NCBI GenBank assembly: GCA_002269645.1
Contig: NIVC01003516.1
Coordinates: 29,912-93,911 of the forward strand
Direction of reading: 5' to 3'
DNA length: 64,000 bases
Origin: Macrostomum lignano
Taxonomy: Eukaryota
The position numbers and the translations under genes were made by a program. Below the pieces are notes generated by a model. The model was not told the DNA's origin. It was given only the letters and a program-made list of their open reading frames with translations, and made no database searches. Below, piece after piece: positions 11,601 to 23,600 of this stretch. Positions within the stretch are counted from its first letter, which is position 1. Every line of letters begins with the position of its first letter.

Positions 11601-14600
11601 CGCATGCGCCTGAAGCTGTCACAGCGGAAAACCCCTCAACTCTTTGTTAGCCCCCGCCTGTCTAGTCTGCTCTTATCAACTCTCTATCGCGCCCCTCTTG
11701 CTCCTGCCCCTGCCAATTCATAGAAGCTCCCTGCTGCAGCAACTCAAAACCCGTCTAGACTGATATACAACCGGATAGAAATTAATTAAAACTTACCATA
11801 AAGACGTTGCCTCTTGTCAGCCAGGAAAGTGGTCGATGCTGCGCTGCGTTTAGCCATTTTGCATACAGAGAGAAGGATTATCTCTCTACCCCTGTTCTAG
11901 GGTTCCGAATATATACTAAAAACCTGCTTAGCTCGTCTATTATTGGCCAAATCACCAAAAAACCAACCAGAATCACTCAAAATCACCCCCAAAATCACAC
12001 CCTCCCACCCTCCATCTGGGGTATATAAAGCGCTGCGCGGCTGTCGGAGAGCTCTCTGCTGCTGCTGCTAATCATGTCTTCTTCTATCGCTCTATACGAA
12101 AACTTTGTGGCGCGGAAGCCCACATTTGAAACGGAGCATGACTTAATTGAAATCCGTCGGCTCTACACCGACGAAGCTGGAGTGTGGAAGGACGGCTTCC
12201 CAGCAATCTATTTAAGCGAGGTCGAGTGGAAGAAGCTCGAAGCTGCACGCCCTGACCTGGAGGCTGCGGCACGTCTTCACGTGGACAAGAGAGTCGTGTT
12301 GGGCAGCTTCAAGGCAGCAGAAGCTTCACAGGGGAGGATTCGTTTGCGGCGCAATTGGCTTAATCGGGATCCAAAGTTCAATTGGCGCTACACAATTGAA
12401 TTCACGCCGGAACTGTGGCGCCGGATGTTTGCCGCCCGTTTGGGCAAGCTCTTCAAACCCAAGGCCCCGCCGCCAGCCAAACGAGCCAGGACCGAGACCT
12501 CTCCGGTAGCCAGGACTGAGGAGGAGGAAGAAAATCTCCAGGTTGCGGGTCTCAAACCCTACCAATCCCCGCCCTGGGAAAATCTGTTTGACGAGAGTCA
12601 GCGCTGGTAGTTCCCTATTGGCTCGCGCCACCCCGCGGGGCTTCCTATATAACTAATCTATCCAGCCTCTAGAGAGCCAAACCCTAATCCTAGCCCTGAT
12701 ACTATAGTCTGCTGATTCCAACATGTCCCGCCGCCGAGCTCTATCCACCCTCTGGGATAAAAACCGCCCATCTGAAGAATTAGCCTTCCTCGACGGTGAA
12801 ATACCCGAACATATAATCCCCATAGGCATAGAAAACGGCGGACTTGACTATCCTGAAAATTGGGGTGCTGATATAGCCTTATCTTGGGCTTTGTGGGCTA
12901 TTACCTACGATAGCGACCCGGGGTCTGAGATTTTCGACATCCCGTGGGGTAATAGCTTCGATAGCGACACCGGGTCTGAGATTTTCGACCTCCCACCGCT
13001 GACTATCGGAGGGGGTGTGAACGCCGCCGCTGCCGACTCTGGTGCCTCTGCCGATGCCGACTCTGCCACCTCTGCCGCCGATGCCGACTCTGCCGCTGCC
13101 GACCCTGGTGTCTCAGCCTCTGCCGCCCCTGCCACCTCTGCCGACTCTGGTGTCTCTGCCTCTGCCACCTCTGCCGCCGATGCCGACTCTGCCGCTGCCG
13201 ACTCTGGTGTCTCTGCCTCTGCCGCCTCCAGCCAAGCCTCGATATCATCAGCCACCACGATCCTTCTCTTTGGTGATGAGGAAATGAATATGGCCGAGGA
13301 GATCGCCATGGTCCGCGATCGCTTTCGGCGTATTGTGGCCTCCTTTTTTCACCGTGATATCGAGTGGTTGAGGTCTCGCCACCCCGACGGCCTGCCTCCC
13401 CAAGACACCTTTGTCGAGGCCTTTAATCGGGTTCTCGATACTTTGGTGTCGAGGGGGGGCTGACCTACGGGAGGTGTTGGAGGCAGAGACACTACATCAA
13501 GATTGGTTGATGGGGCGCAATTCGCATGCCTCCGACACTGAGGCATATCTGGCCGGTCCGGGAGCGCGCCCTACTGAGTGGGATGCACCTATGGTAAGAT
13601 ATTACACTGTATACACAATTCGTCTTATCATATACAAAGCATATATTCTTTCTACATTAATTGTTTTAATTTCCCCATTGCAGTCGGCCGACTACTGATT
13701 CGAGACCCTTGAGGAGGAGGCGGCATGAAACAACACTGAGGAGCGGCTGGAGGTTGACTGGGGTTTGCGGTTTTTTCTCCCTGTACGTGGTTTAGGGAAA
13801 CCCCACAGTATACACTGAGTATATTGAGGGGGGGGGGTTAAAAGACTAATTCAGGGAGAAAATTGTCTCCCTTACAGTCTCCCCTGACCGAGATTCCCCT
13901 GTCTGCGCCGCACTTGGGATAATAAAACCTATTTGGAAGCTCCCCTGGGGAGAATTCTCTTTGTATGCGGTCTGCTACCTCCACTGTACATTGGGGCGGT
14001 CTCTGTTACTCCTCTCTGCCTGCACTGTACTCCGCTAAGGATCCCCCGGCCCTGGGGAGGAATTGAATTTCTCTATGTTACCCCGCCCGCACTGTACATT
14101 GGGATCCCCCGGCCCTGGCTCTGGGGGCGTGTCTCGAATATCCTGGGCTGGATATTTGACTTTGCACCTACATTATATGCTTAATTTTGCATGCATATGT
14201 TGTATTATACTTAACTTCCAGTGTGTGTATTTTATCCTATGCATTGAAATTTGTGCCTGCGGGTTAACATGCAAAATGTAATGTTTAAAATCTGCCTACA
14301 TTATATGCTATGTAATTTTCCTGTATTATTATACTTGTGTGTATTTCCACCTATGTTTTATTAGCGCTTACAGTACCCGCTTTGTATTATTTTGTCTATT
14401 TCACCTGCTTTTCTGTCAATATATCAATAATATGCGCCTACGTTGTGTGTTTTTTGCTGCTCATATTCCTATTATGCTCCAATATGTACATTTTAATATG
14501 ATGCATTATGCATCATTATTCACACCTACCAATATGTTTTTTATACTTTTTATGTAAATATACTCAATTTCACCTACTATAAGTAGTTTTCACTAGCCTA

Positions 14601-17600
14601 ATATCATTGACTACATATCGGGAGAGTGTACTGAGGAGAGTGTACACTCAGGGTGCCTGCGGCATGGGAGAGTGTACACTCGGGTGCCTGCGGCTCGGGA
14701 GAGTGTACACTCGGGGTGCCTGCGGCTTGAGAGAGTGGGGCGCCTGCGGCATGGGCGCCTGCTGCTCTGGAGGGAGGGCAAACATATCGGGGTACATATC
14801 GGGAGGGTGGGCATATCGGGGTACATATCGGGAGGGTGCGCCTGCGGCATACATGTCGGTAGGGTCGCCTGCGGCTGGGGAGGGTTGCCTGCGGCTGGGG
14901 AGGGTGTACATGTCGGTAGGGCCGCCTGCGGCTGGCGCCTGGTCGGCGCTCAGCGCCTGGACGGCGCTTGGCGGGCCGCCTGCGGCTGGCGCCCGGTGGG
15001 CGCTCGGCGCCTGGACGGCGCTTGGCGCCACGCGCCGACCAATGAGAGGTGAGGAGGGTTGACACCCACCCCACCTCCAAAAACGCCCGGATCTGCCGGC
15101 CCTTAGTAGTCCAATGCAAAGCCAAAATGCGTATTTAGCTGAGGGTGTCTGGGGTCCTCACAGGTTTTGAGAAAGATGCATGTACTTCCCATGTACATCA
15201 GCAAGGAAGCTTCCAGGCGCGTCGCCACGGGGGGGCAGGGGGAGATGTCCCCCCAGTAAAAGCTCTGGGGGGGACATGCCAATGCTTTGTCCCCCCCCAC
15301 CCCACCTTGTGAGTCTTGGTAATCAATAACTTTTCTTCAGGGCGCCAAAATATAGCGCCATTGCTGCCAAAATGAGTGCATGTGGTGCTAAAATGAGTGC
15401 CTGCAGCGCTAAAATGAGTGCCTGGAGCGCTAAAATGAGTGCCTGGAGCGCTAAAATGAGTGCCTGCAGCGCTAAAATGAGTGCCTGGAGCGCTAAAATG
15501 AGTGCCTGCAGCGCTAAAATGAGTGCCTGGAGCGCTAAAATGAGTGCCTGCAGCGCTAAAATGAGTGCCTGGAGCGCTAAAATGAGTGCCTGTGGCGCTA
15601 AAATGAGTGCCTGCGGCGCCAAAATGAGTGCCTGGAGCGCTAAAATGAGTGCCTGCGGCGCTAAAATGAGTGCCTGCGGCGCTAAAATGAGTGCCCGTGG
15701 CGCCAAAATGAGTGCCTGCGGCGCTAAAATGAGTGCCTGCAGCGCTAAAATCAGTGCCTGGAGCGCTAAAATGAGTGCCTGCGGCGCCAAAATGAGTGCC
15801 TGGAGCGCTAAAATGAGTGCCTGCGGCGCTAAAATGAGTGCCTGCGGCGCCAAAATGAGTGCCTGGAGCGCTAAAATGAGTGCCTGCGGCGCTAAAATGA
15901 GTGCCTGCGGCGCTAAAATGAGTGCCCGTGGCGCCAAAATGAGTGCCTGCGGCGCTAAAATGAGTGCCTGCGGCGCCAAAATGAGTGCCTGCGAAGCTAA
16001 AATGAGTGCTTGCGGCGCTAAAATGAGTGCCTGCAGCGCTAAAATGAGTGCCTGGAGCGCTAAAATGAGTGCCTGCAGCGCTAAAATGAGTGCCTGGAGC
16101 GCTAAAATGAGTGCCTGTGGCGCTAAAATGAGTGCCTGCGGCGCCAAAATGAGTGCCTGGAGCGCTAAAATGAGTGCCTGCAGCGCTAAAATGAGTGCCT
16201 GGAGCGCTAAAATGAGTGCCCGTGGCGCCAAAATGAGTGCCTGCGGCGCTAAAATGAGTGCCTGCGGCGCCAAAATGAGTGCCTGCGAAGCTAAAATGAG
16301 TGCTTGCGGCGCTAAAATGAGTGCCTGCAGCGCTAAAATGAGTGCCTGGAGCGCTAAAATGAGTGCCTGGAGCGCTAAAATGAGTGCCTGCAGCGCTAAA
16401 ATGAGTGCCTGGAGCGCTAAAATGAGTGCCTGCAGCGCTAAAATGAGTGCCTGGAGCGCTAAAATGAGTGCCTGCAGCGCTAAAATGAGTGCCTGGAGCG
16501 CTAAAATGAGTGCCTGTGGCGCTAAAATGAGTGCCTGCGGCGCCAAAATGAGTGCCTGGAGCGCTAAAATGAGTGCCTGCAGCGCTAAAATGAGTGCCTG
16601 CGGCGCTAAAATGAGTGCCCGTGGCGCCAAAATGAGTGCCTGCGGCGCTAAAATGAGTGCCTGCAGCGCTAAAATCAGTGCCTGGAGCGCTAAAATGAGT
16701 GCCTGTGGCGCTAAAATGAGTGCCTGTGGCGCTAAAATGAGTGCCTGCAGCGCTAAAATGAGTGCCTGGAGCGCTAAAATGAGTGCCCGTGGCGCCAAAA
16801 TGAGTGCCTGCGGCGCTAAAATGAGTGCCTGCGGCGCCAAAATGAGTGCCTGCGAAGCTAAAATGAGTGCTTGCGGCGCTAAAATGAGTGCCTGCAGCGC
16901 TAAAATGAGTGCCTGGAGCGCTAAAATGAGTGCCTGCAGCGCTAAAATGAGTGCCTGGAGCGCTAAAATGAGTGCCTGTGGCGCTAAAATGAGTGCCTGC
17001 GGCGCCAAAATGAGTGCCTGGAGCGCTAAAATGAGTGCCTGCAGCGCTAAAATGAGTGCCTGGAGCGCTAAAATGAGTGCCCGTGGCGCCAAAATGAGTG
17101 CCTGCGGCGCTAAAATGAGTGCCTGCGGCGCCAAAATGAGTGCCTGCGAAGCTAAAATGAGTGCTTGCGGCGCTAAAATGAGTGCCTGCGGCGCCAAAAT
17201 GAGTGCCTGCGAAGCTAAAATGAGTGCCAAAATTTAGTCATGTACATGGTGAATTCGTGGCTTTGTCCCCCCCCCCACCATAAAATCCATGGAGACGCCC
17301 CTGCTTTAATCGACCTGTGAAGGCAACTTACTTTCCAAGCTCCCTTGACCATCATCAGCCTTTGGCGAGTGGCGGCCGATGCCAGCATTGTTGACACCCT
17401 GGCTAAGCTATTGGGACGCTTGCCAGCCCTGCGCTCTCTGTCTCTGGAGTCAAACGGACCCGTGGCAGATGAAGAAGTCTACGCGGAGCTGATTCGAGTT
17501 GAGAGCAAGTAAGTGCCTGCCAGTTTCCCAAGCAACATACAAGTCTCTACTTTCTCTGTAAGACAGTGTTAACCAACCGCCAATATTCCAACCGCCACAA

Positions 17601-20600
17601 AGCCTCACAAAGCTGCGCCTGCGCTTCAACCAACTTAGCGACAAGGCCGTCTCAGCGATGGCCATCCAGCTGGACGGGCTGCGCGAGACGCCGTCGAAGC
17701 TGGTGTCGCTCGACCTGTCCTCGAACTGCATCGGCGACGCTGGGGTGGATTCGCTGGTTAAGGTACTCAGACAGATCCTTTCCTGACATTCCAGATCCTT
17801 TCCTGACATTCCAGATCCTTTCCTGACATTCCAGATCCTTTCCTGACATTCCAGATCCTTTCCTGACATTCCTGATCCTTTCCTGACATTCCAGATCCTT
17901 TCCTGACATTCCAGATCCTTTCCTGACATTCCAGATCCTTTCCCGATATGCCAGATCCTTTCCCGATATGCCAGATCCTTTCCCAATATGCCAGATCCTT
18001 TCCCGATATGCCAGATCCTTTCCTGACATTCCAGATCCTTTCCTGACATTCCAGATCCTTTCCTGACATTCCAGATCCTTTCCTGACATTCCAGATCCTT
18101 TCCCGATATGCCAGATCCTTCCCGATATGCCAGATCCTTTCCCAATATGCCAGATCCTTTCCCAATATGCCAGATCCTTTCCCGATATGTCAGATCCTTT
18201 CCCGATATGCCAGATGCTTTCCCGCTATGCCAGATGCTTTCCCGATATGCCAGATCCTTTCCCAATATGCCAGATCCTTTCCGGGTATGCCAGATCCTTT
18301 CCCAATATGCCAGATCCTTTCCGGATATGCCAGATCCTTTCCCGATATGCCAGATCCTTTCCCAATATGCCAGATCCTTTCCGGATATGCCAGATCCTTT
18401 CCCGATATGCCAGATCCTTTCCTGACATTCCAGATCCTTTCCTGACATTCCAGATCCTTTCCCGATATGCCAGATCCTTTCACAATATGCCAGATCCTTT
18501 CCCAATATGCCAGATCCTTTCCCGATATGCCAGATCCTTTCCGGATATGCCAGATCCTTCCCGATATGCCAGATCCTTTCTGATATGCCAGATCCTTTCC
18601 CAATATGCCAGATGCTTTCCCGATATGCCAGATCCTTCCCGATATGCCAGATCCTTTCCGGATATGCCAGATCCTTTCCCGATATGCCAGATCCTTTCCC
18701 GATGTGTCAGATCCTTTTTCGGATATGCCAGATCCTTTCACAATATGCCAGATCCTTTCCCAATATGCCAGATCCTTTCCCGATATGCCAGATCCTTTCT
18801 GATATGCCAGATCCTTTCCCAATATGCCAGATGCTTTCCCGATATGCCAGATCCTTCCCGATATGCCAACTTTTCTTCAATATCGCTGCATTCAGTCTCA
18901 AGCGGACTGAACTGCCTCCCGTCTCTTTCTTACCCTGAATCTTCCAATCATGCTAAAGCTTAAAGGTGCAAATACTGAAACACCTGTTCACTCGCTCCAG
19001 TCTCTGCGCACCAACCGGACCCTGCTGCACCTGTCGCTGAGCAACAACCGCCTGACGGACCGGTCGGCGATCGCCTTGGCCCAGGTGTGTTCCCGGTTCT
19101 TCCTCACCCACGAGGAAACTGTGCAGCGCCGCCGCCTGATGTCCGTTGACTTCCGCTCCGGCACCAGCGTGAGTTCAGCTGTTAATGAATTGGCGCCAAA
19201 TAGCGGCGCTGGTAACCATGGAAACAACGCTGGTTTAACTGCATCTACAGCTACGCATAACACAAACCATAGTAATAGCCATAGCCACAACCACACTGGC
19301 GGCACTGCCTCTTCTCATCTGCGTGTTGTAAGTTCACCGACCTCCCCAGGCTTCTAACAAGTGATTTGTCCGAAACCCCGAAAAACTAGATAAACAGACC
19401 AACATTAAAATAATTTAGTGGCCATTGCTAAACCTGTGATTGCTGTTTTGGAACTCCCGTTGCTATGGTTTGAAGACCCGTTGCTATGGTTTGAACACCC
19501 GTTGCTATGGTTTGAACACCCGTTGCTATGGTTTGAATACCCGTTGCTATGGTTTGAACACCCGTTGCTATGGTTTGGAGACCCGTTGCTATGGTTTGAA
19601 CACCCGTTGCTATGGTTTGAAATCTCGTTGCTATGATTCAAAATCTCGTTGCTATGGTTTGAACACACGTTGCTATGGTTTTAAATCTCGTTGCTACGGT
19701 TTGAAGACCCGTTGCTATGGTTTGAATACCCGTTGCTATGGTTTGAACACCCGTTGCTATGGTTTGGAGACCCGTTGCTATGGTTTGAACACCCGTTGCT
19801 ATGGTTTGAAATCTCGTTGCTATGATTCAAAATCTCGTTGCTATGGTTTGAACACACGTTGCTATGGTTTGAAATCTCGTTGCTATGGTTTGAACACACG
19901 TTGCTATGGTTTGAAATCTCGTTGCTACGGTTTGAAGACCCGTTGCTATGGTTTGAACAACCGTTGCTATGATTTGAACACTCCTTGCTATGGTTTGAAC
20001 ACCCGTTGCTATGGTTTGAACACCCGTTGCTATGGTTTGGAGACCCGTTGCTATGGTTTGAACACCGTTGCTATGGTTTGAAAACCCGCTGCTATGGTTT
20101 GAAGACCCGTTGATATGGTTTGAACACCCGTTGCTATGGTTTGAAGACCCGTTGATATGCTTTGAACACCCGTTGCTATGGTTTGAACACCCGTTGCTAT
20201 GGTTTGAACACCCGTTGCTATGGCTTAGAGACCCGTTGCTATGGTTTGAAAACCCGCTGCTATGGTTTGAACACACGTTGCTATGGTTTGAAATCTCGTT
20301 GCTACGGTTTGAAGACCCGTTGCTATGGTTTGAATACCCGTTGCTATGGTTTGAACACCCGTTGCTATGGTTTGGAGACCCGTTGCTATGGTTTGAACAC
20401 CCGTTGCTATGGTTTGAAATCTCGTTGCTATGATTCAAAATCTCGTTGCTATGGTTTGAACACACGTTGCTATGGTTTGAAATCTCGTTGCTATGGTTTG
20501 AACACACGTTGCTATGGTTTGAAATCTCGTTGCTACGGTTTGAAGACCCGTTGCTATGGTTTGAACAACTGTTGCTATGATTTGAACACTCCTTGCTATG

Positions 20601-23600
20601 GTTTGAACACCCGTTGCTATGGTTTGAATACCCGTTGCTATGGTTTGAACACCCGTTGCTATGGTTTGAACACCCGTTGCTATGGTTTGGAGACCCGTTG
20701 CTATGGTTTGAACACCGTTGCTATGGTTTGAACACCGTTGCTATGGTTTGAAAACCCGCTGCTATGGTTTGAAGACCCGTTGATATGGTTTGAACACCCG
20801 TTGCTATGGTTTGAAGACCCGTTGATATGCTTTGAACACCCGTTGCTATGGTTTGAACACCCGTTGCTATGGTTTGAACACCCGTTGCTATGGCTTAGAG
20901 ACCCGTTGCTATGGTTTGAAAACCCGCTGCTATGGTTTGAACACCCGTTGCTATGATTCGAAATCTCGTTGCTATGGTTTGAAGACCCGTTGCTATGGTT
21001 TGAAGACCCGTTGCTATGGTTTGAAGACCCGTTGCTATGGTTTGAAGACCCGTTGCTATGGTTTGAAGACCCGTTGCTATGGTTTGAAGACCCGTTGCTA
21101 TGGTTTAAACACCCGGTGCTATAGTTCCATCGCTATCTCTGAAACACATTTGGTTTGAGGAAGGTTCTTTAGCATGTGGCCATTGAATTTGAGCAAAGAA
21201 ACAGGAGCACTACTCAAGCCTTGTCGGTTGTGTTTCGGGCAAAACTCACTTTTTATTGCGCATTTTTAAAATAGTTCCGGACGCACCGCCGCCTGCGTGG
21301 ACCAGTTTTTTCAAGAGTAACATTTCAAAACAAAAGTAAAAAAATATTCTAATTTAACGCTGATATTTCTGAAGTTGCCGTCACAGAATATTATTAATAA
21401 CTTGAATGAATTTTGATTTTCATTAACAAAACTGGTTCACACAGATGCGCCTCTCCGTAACTTAATTAAAACCAACTAGCCTAGCAACCAACCCATTTCT
21501 AACAAAATGCCTTTTTCTGCATTGCTTGCTGATTCTCGACAAGCAGGCGGCCACAACCGTAAGTGAAACATGGGGATTGAATTCGTAAAAAATAATCGTA
21601 TTTCAGTTTGAGTAATTATCTTTCCTGGCTTCTTTGTGAGCACAACTGACTTGAATAAAATATGTTTTTCTGCACATCGGGTTCTATACTGTATGTCTTG
21701 TATCCGTAAGTTTTTTCGGGCAACTTTTGCACTAATAGTTCATTTTATGAGCACAAATCTGCTTTGTAATTCATTCTTCCCTAGAAAATATTCAGTCTAA
21801 ATGTAATATAATTTTTTTTTCATTTTAAACTGTACTAACTGATAACAGTCGACTAATCAGAAACCGCAGCCAATCAGATGCCACAACCAATCAAATGTCT
21901 TAGCCAATTAGACACTGCAAACAATCAAATGTCTCAGCCAATCAGACACCACAACCAATCGAATGTCTCAGCCAATCAGGCACCGCAACCAATCGAATGT
22001 CTCAGCCAATCAGACACCACAACCAATCGAATGTCTCAGCCAATCAGACACCACAACCAATCAAATCTCTCAGCCAATCAGACACCGCAAACAAAAATTA
22101 GCCAGTTCAGGTTAACGAGCAATTGTAAAACCACTGTGTTAAGATCAGACTAAGCAATAGCCACTTAAATGCTTTTAGAGTAATACTGTTTTCATCCAGC
22201 CTTAACTCAAATCTGATCATAAATTTTTCCTTTCTCTTTCTTTTCTTCCTCCACAACTTTTAGCCAGACAGGGAGAGCCGTCAGAGTCGCCCAGATTCGT
22301 CTCACGCAACGGTACTCAAGATTTGCTTTGCTTGCCCATCTCTATGCATTCTGTGTGTGAGCTGACACCAACGGTTATTCGCTCTGCAACAATAATAACT
22401 GATGAATGTGTGAAATATTTGCATTAATTTTTATTAATTTCTACTTATATTGAAATTCAAAAGCTCGCATGCAGTGCAGTGTTCTCTAATTAAGCCAAAG
22501 CAACATCAGCAAATCGCTCGCAATGTGACTCCAAACTGTCCATGTATTTTTGAAATAGTTTTTTGAATCGGTGATGTTGATAAAGCACTTGTTTATCCCT
22601 CGGTAATTCTAAAGATTAGCAAGGTTATCCCTCGATAATTCTAAAGATTAGCAAGATTATCCCTCGATAATCCTAAAGATAAGTAAGATTATCCCTCGAT
22701 AATCCTAAAGATAAGTAAGATTAGCCCTCGATAATCCTAAAGATAAGTAAGATTAGCCCTCGATAATCCTAAAGATTAGCAAGATTAGCCCTCGATAATC
22801 CTAAAGATAAGTAAGATTATCCCTCGATAATCCTAAAGATAAGTAAGATTAGCCCTCGATAATCCTAAAGATTAGCAAGATTATCCCTCGATAATCCTAA
22901 AGATAAGCAAGATTAGCCCTCGGTAATTTTGCCACACAAGCATTAAGACAATTTTCGTACAGTAACCTACTAGAGCACACAACCACTATTTAATATTGTC
23001 TTGCCTGATTAACAACATTTTTAAGTGTACTTGCCCTTTTTGCTGTGACTTTGTGCTCCCTTTTGTTTAAATGATTAAAATAAGATGTTTACTGTTTGAT
23101 TTTTTTAAGCCAAGGTTAAAACACGCGATATTTTGGACATTTTATAAAATTCGCGTCATATTGAGTAGTCTGCATTTGTTACTATCAGTAGTAGTCTTGA
23201 GAAACGCACATTAAAAAAAGCTGAATAATAAAAAAACGCCTCCCCGCAGCCGCCGCCCAGCCGCAAGGGTGCGGACAGGCCGGGCAGCGTTCGCAGCATC
23301 GACAAAGATAAGGATAAGAAGTCTGCCGCAGCTGCCGCCAAGACTGCCGGCAAGGGGAAAAAGGTGAGCCTTGAGCTTTTAGGGGAGAAATAGGAGTCAA
23401 GTTGGTAATTTGGTACAAATTTTGGGATATGCAGGTGGGTGGGAGATGCAGGTACAAGAGAGGATGAAGTGGTAAGAATAGGGGTAATAAGAAACATGCT
23501 ATAGAGAGGGTGTTTTGAAAGGGGAGAGTGTGGTGAGAGACAGGGAGAGTGTGGTGAGAGACGGAGAGGATGGTGAGAGACAGGGAGAGGATGGTGAGAG

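Larger units (their letters stand above)
5411..15110. mobile_element. 9.7-kb Polinton/Maverick-related element with pPolB but no integrase or capsid genes
   Basis: 6-bp TSD, ~1.2-kb TIRs starting ACTACTAAGG and ending CCTTAGTAGT, internal pPolB gene plus two small ORFs. Confidence 0.93.

Noticed and set aside
5411-15110. CACTA/EnSpm, casposon, pipolin or mitochondrial-plasmid (NUMT) interpretation
   Set aside because: The ends are ACTACT rather than CACTA and the TSD is 6 bp rather than 2-3 bp. No transposase, Cas1 or tyrosine recombinase was seen. The polymerase has protein-primed Polinton-type features, GT-AG introns and a GC-rich standard-code ORF.
15323-17237. 635-aa and 621-aa ORFs on both strands (ALILAxQ and MSAxxAK repeats)
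   Set aside because: They result from a stop-free 21-bp unit (a multiple of 3) inside an LRRC71 intron; there is no unique coding sequence.
19169-19357. Read-through of LRRC71 exon 7 into a His/Asn-rich tail
   Set aside because: A strong GTGAGT donor at 19169 joins 22264 in phase and the conserved C-terminus lies downstream. It could only be a minor retained-intron isoform.
17450-21158. Many repetitive ORFs (GKDLAY.., NTRCYGL.., SNHSNG..)
   Set aside because: They are translations of 20- and 21-bp intronic minisatellites.
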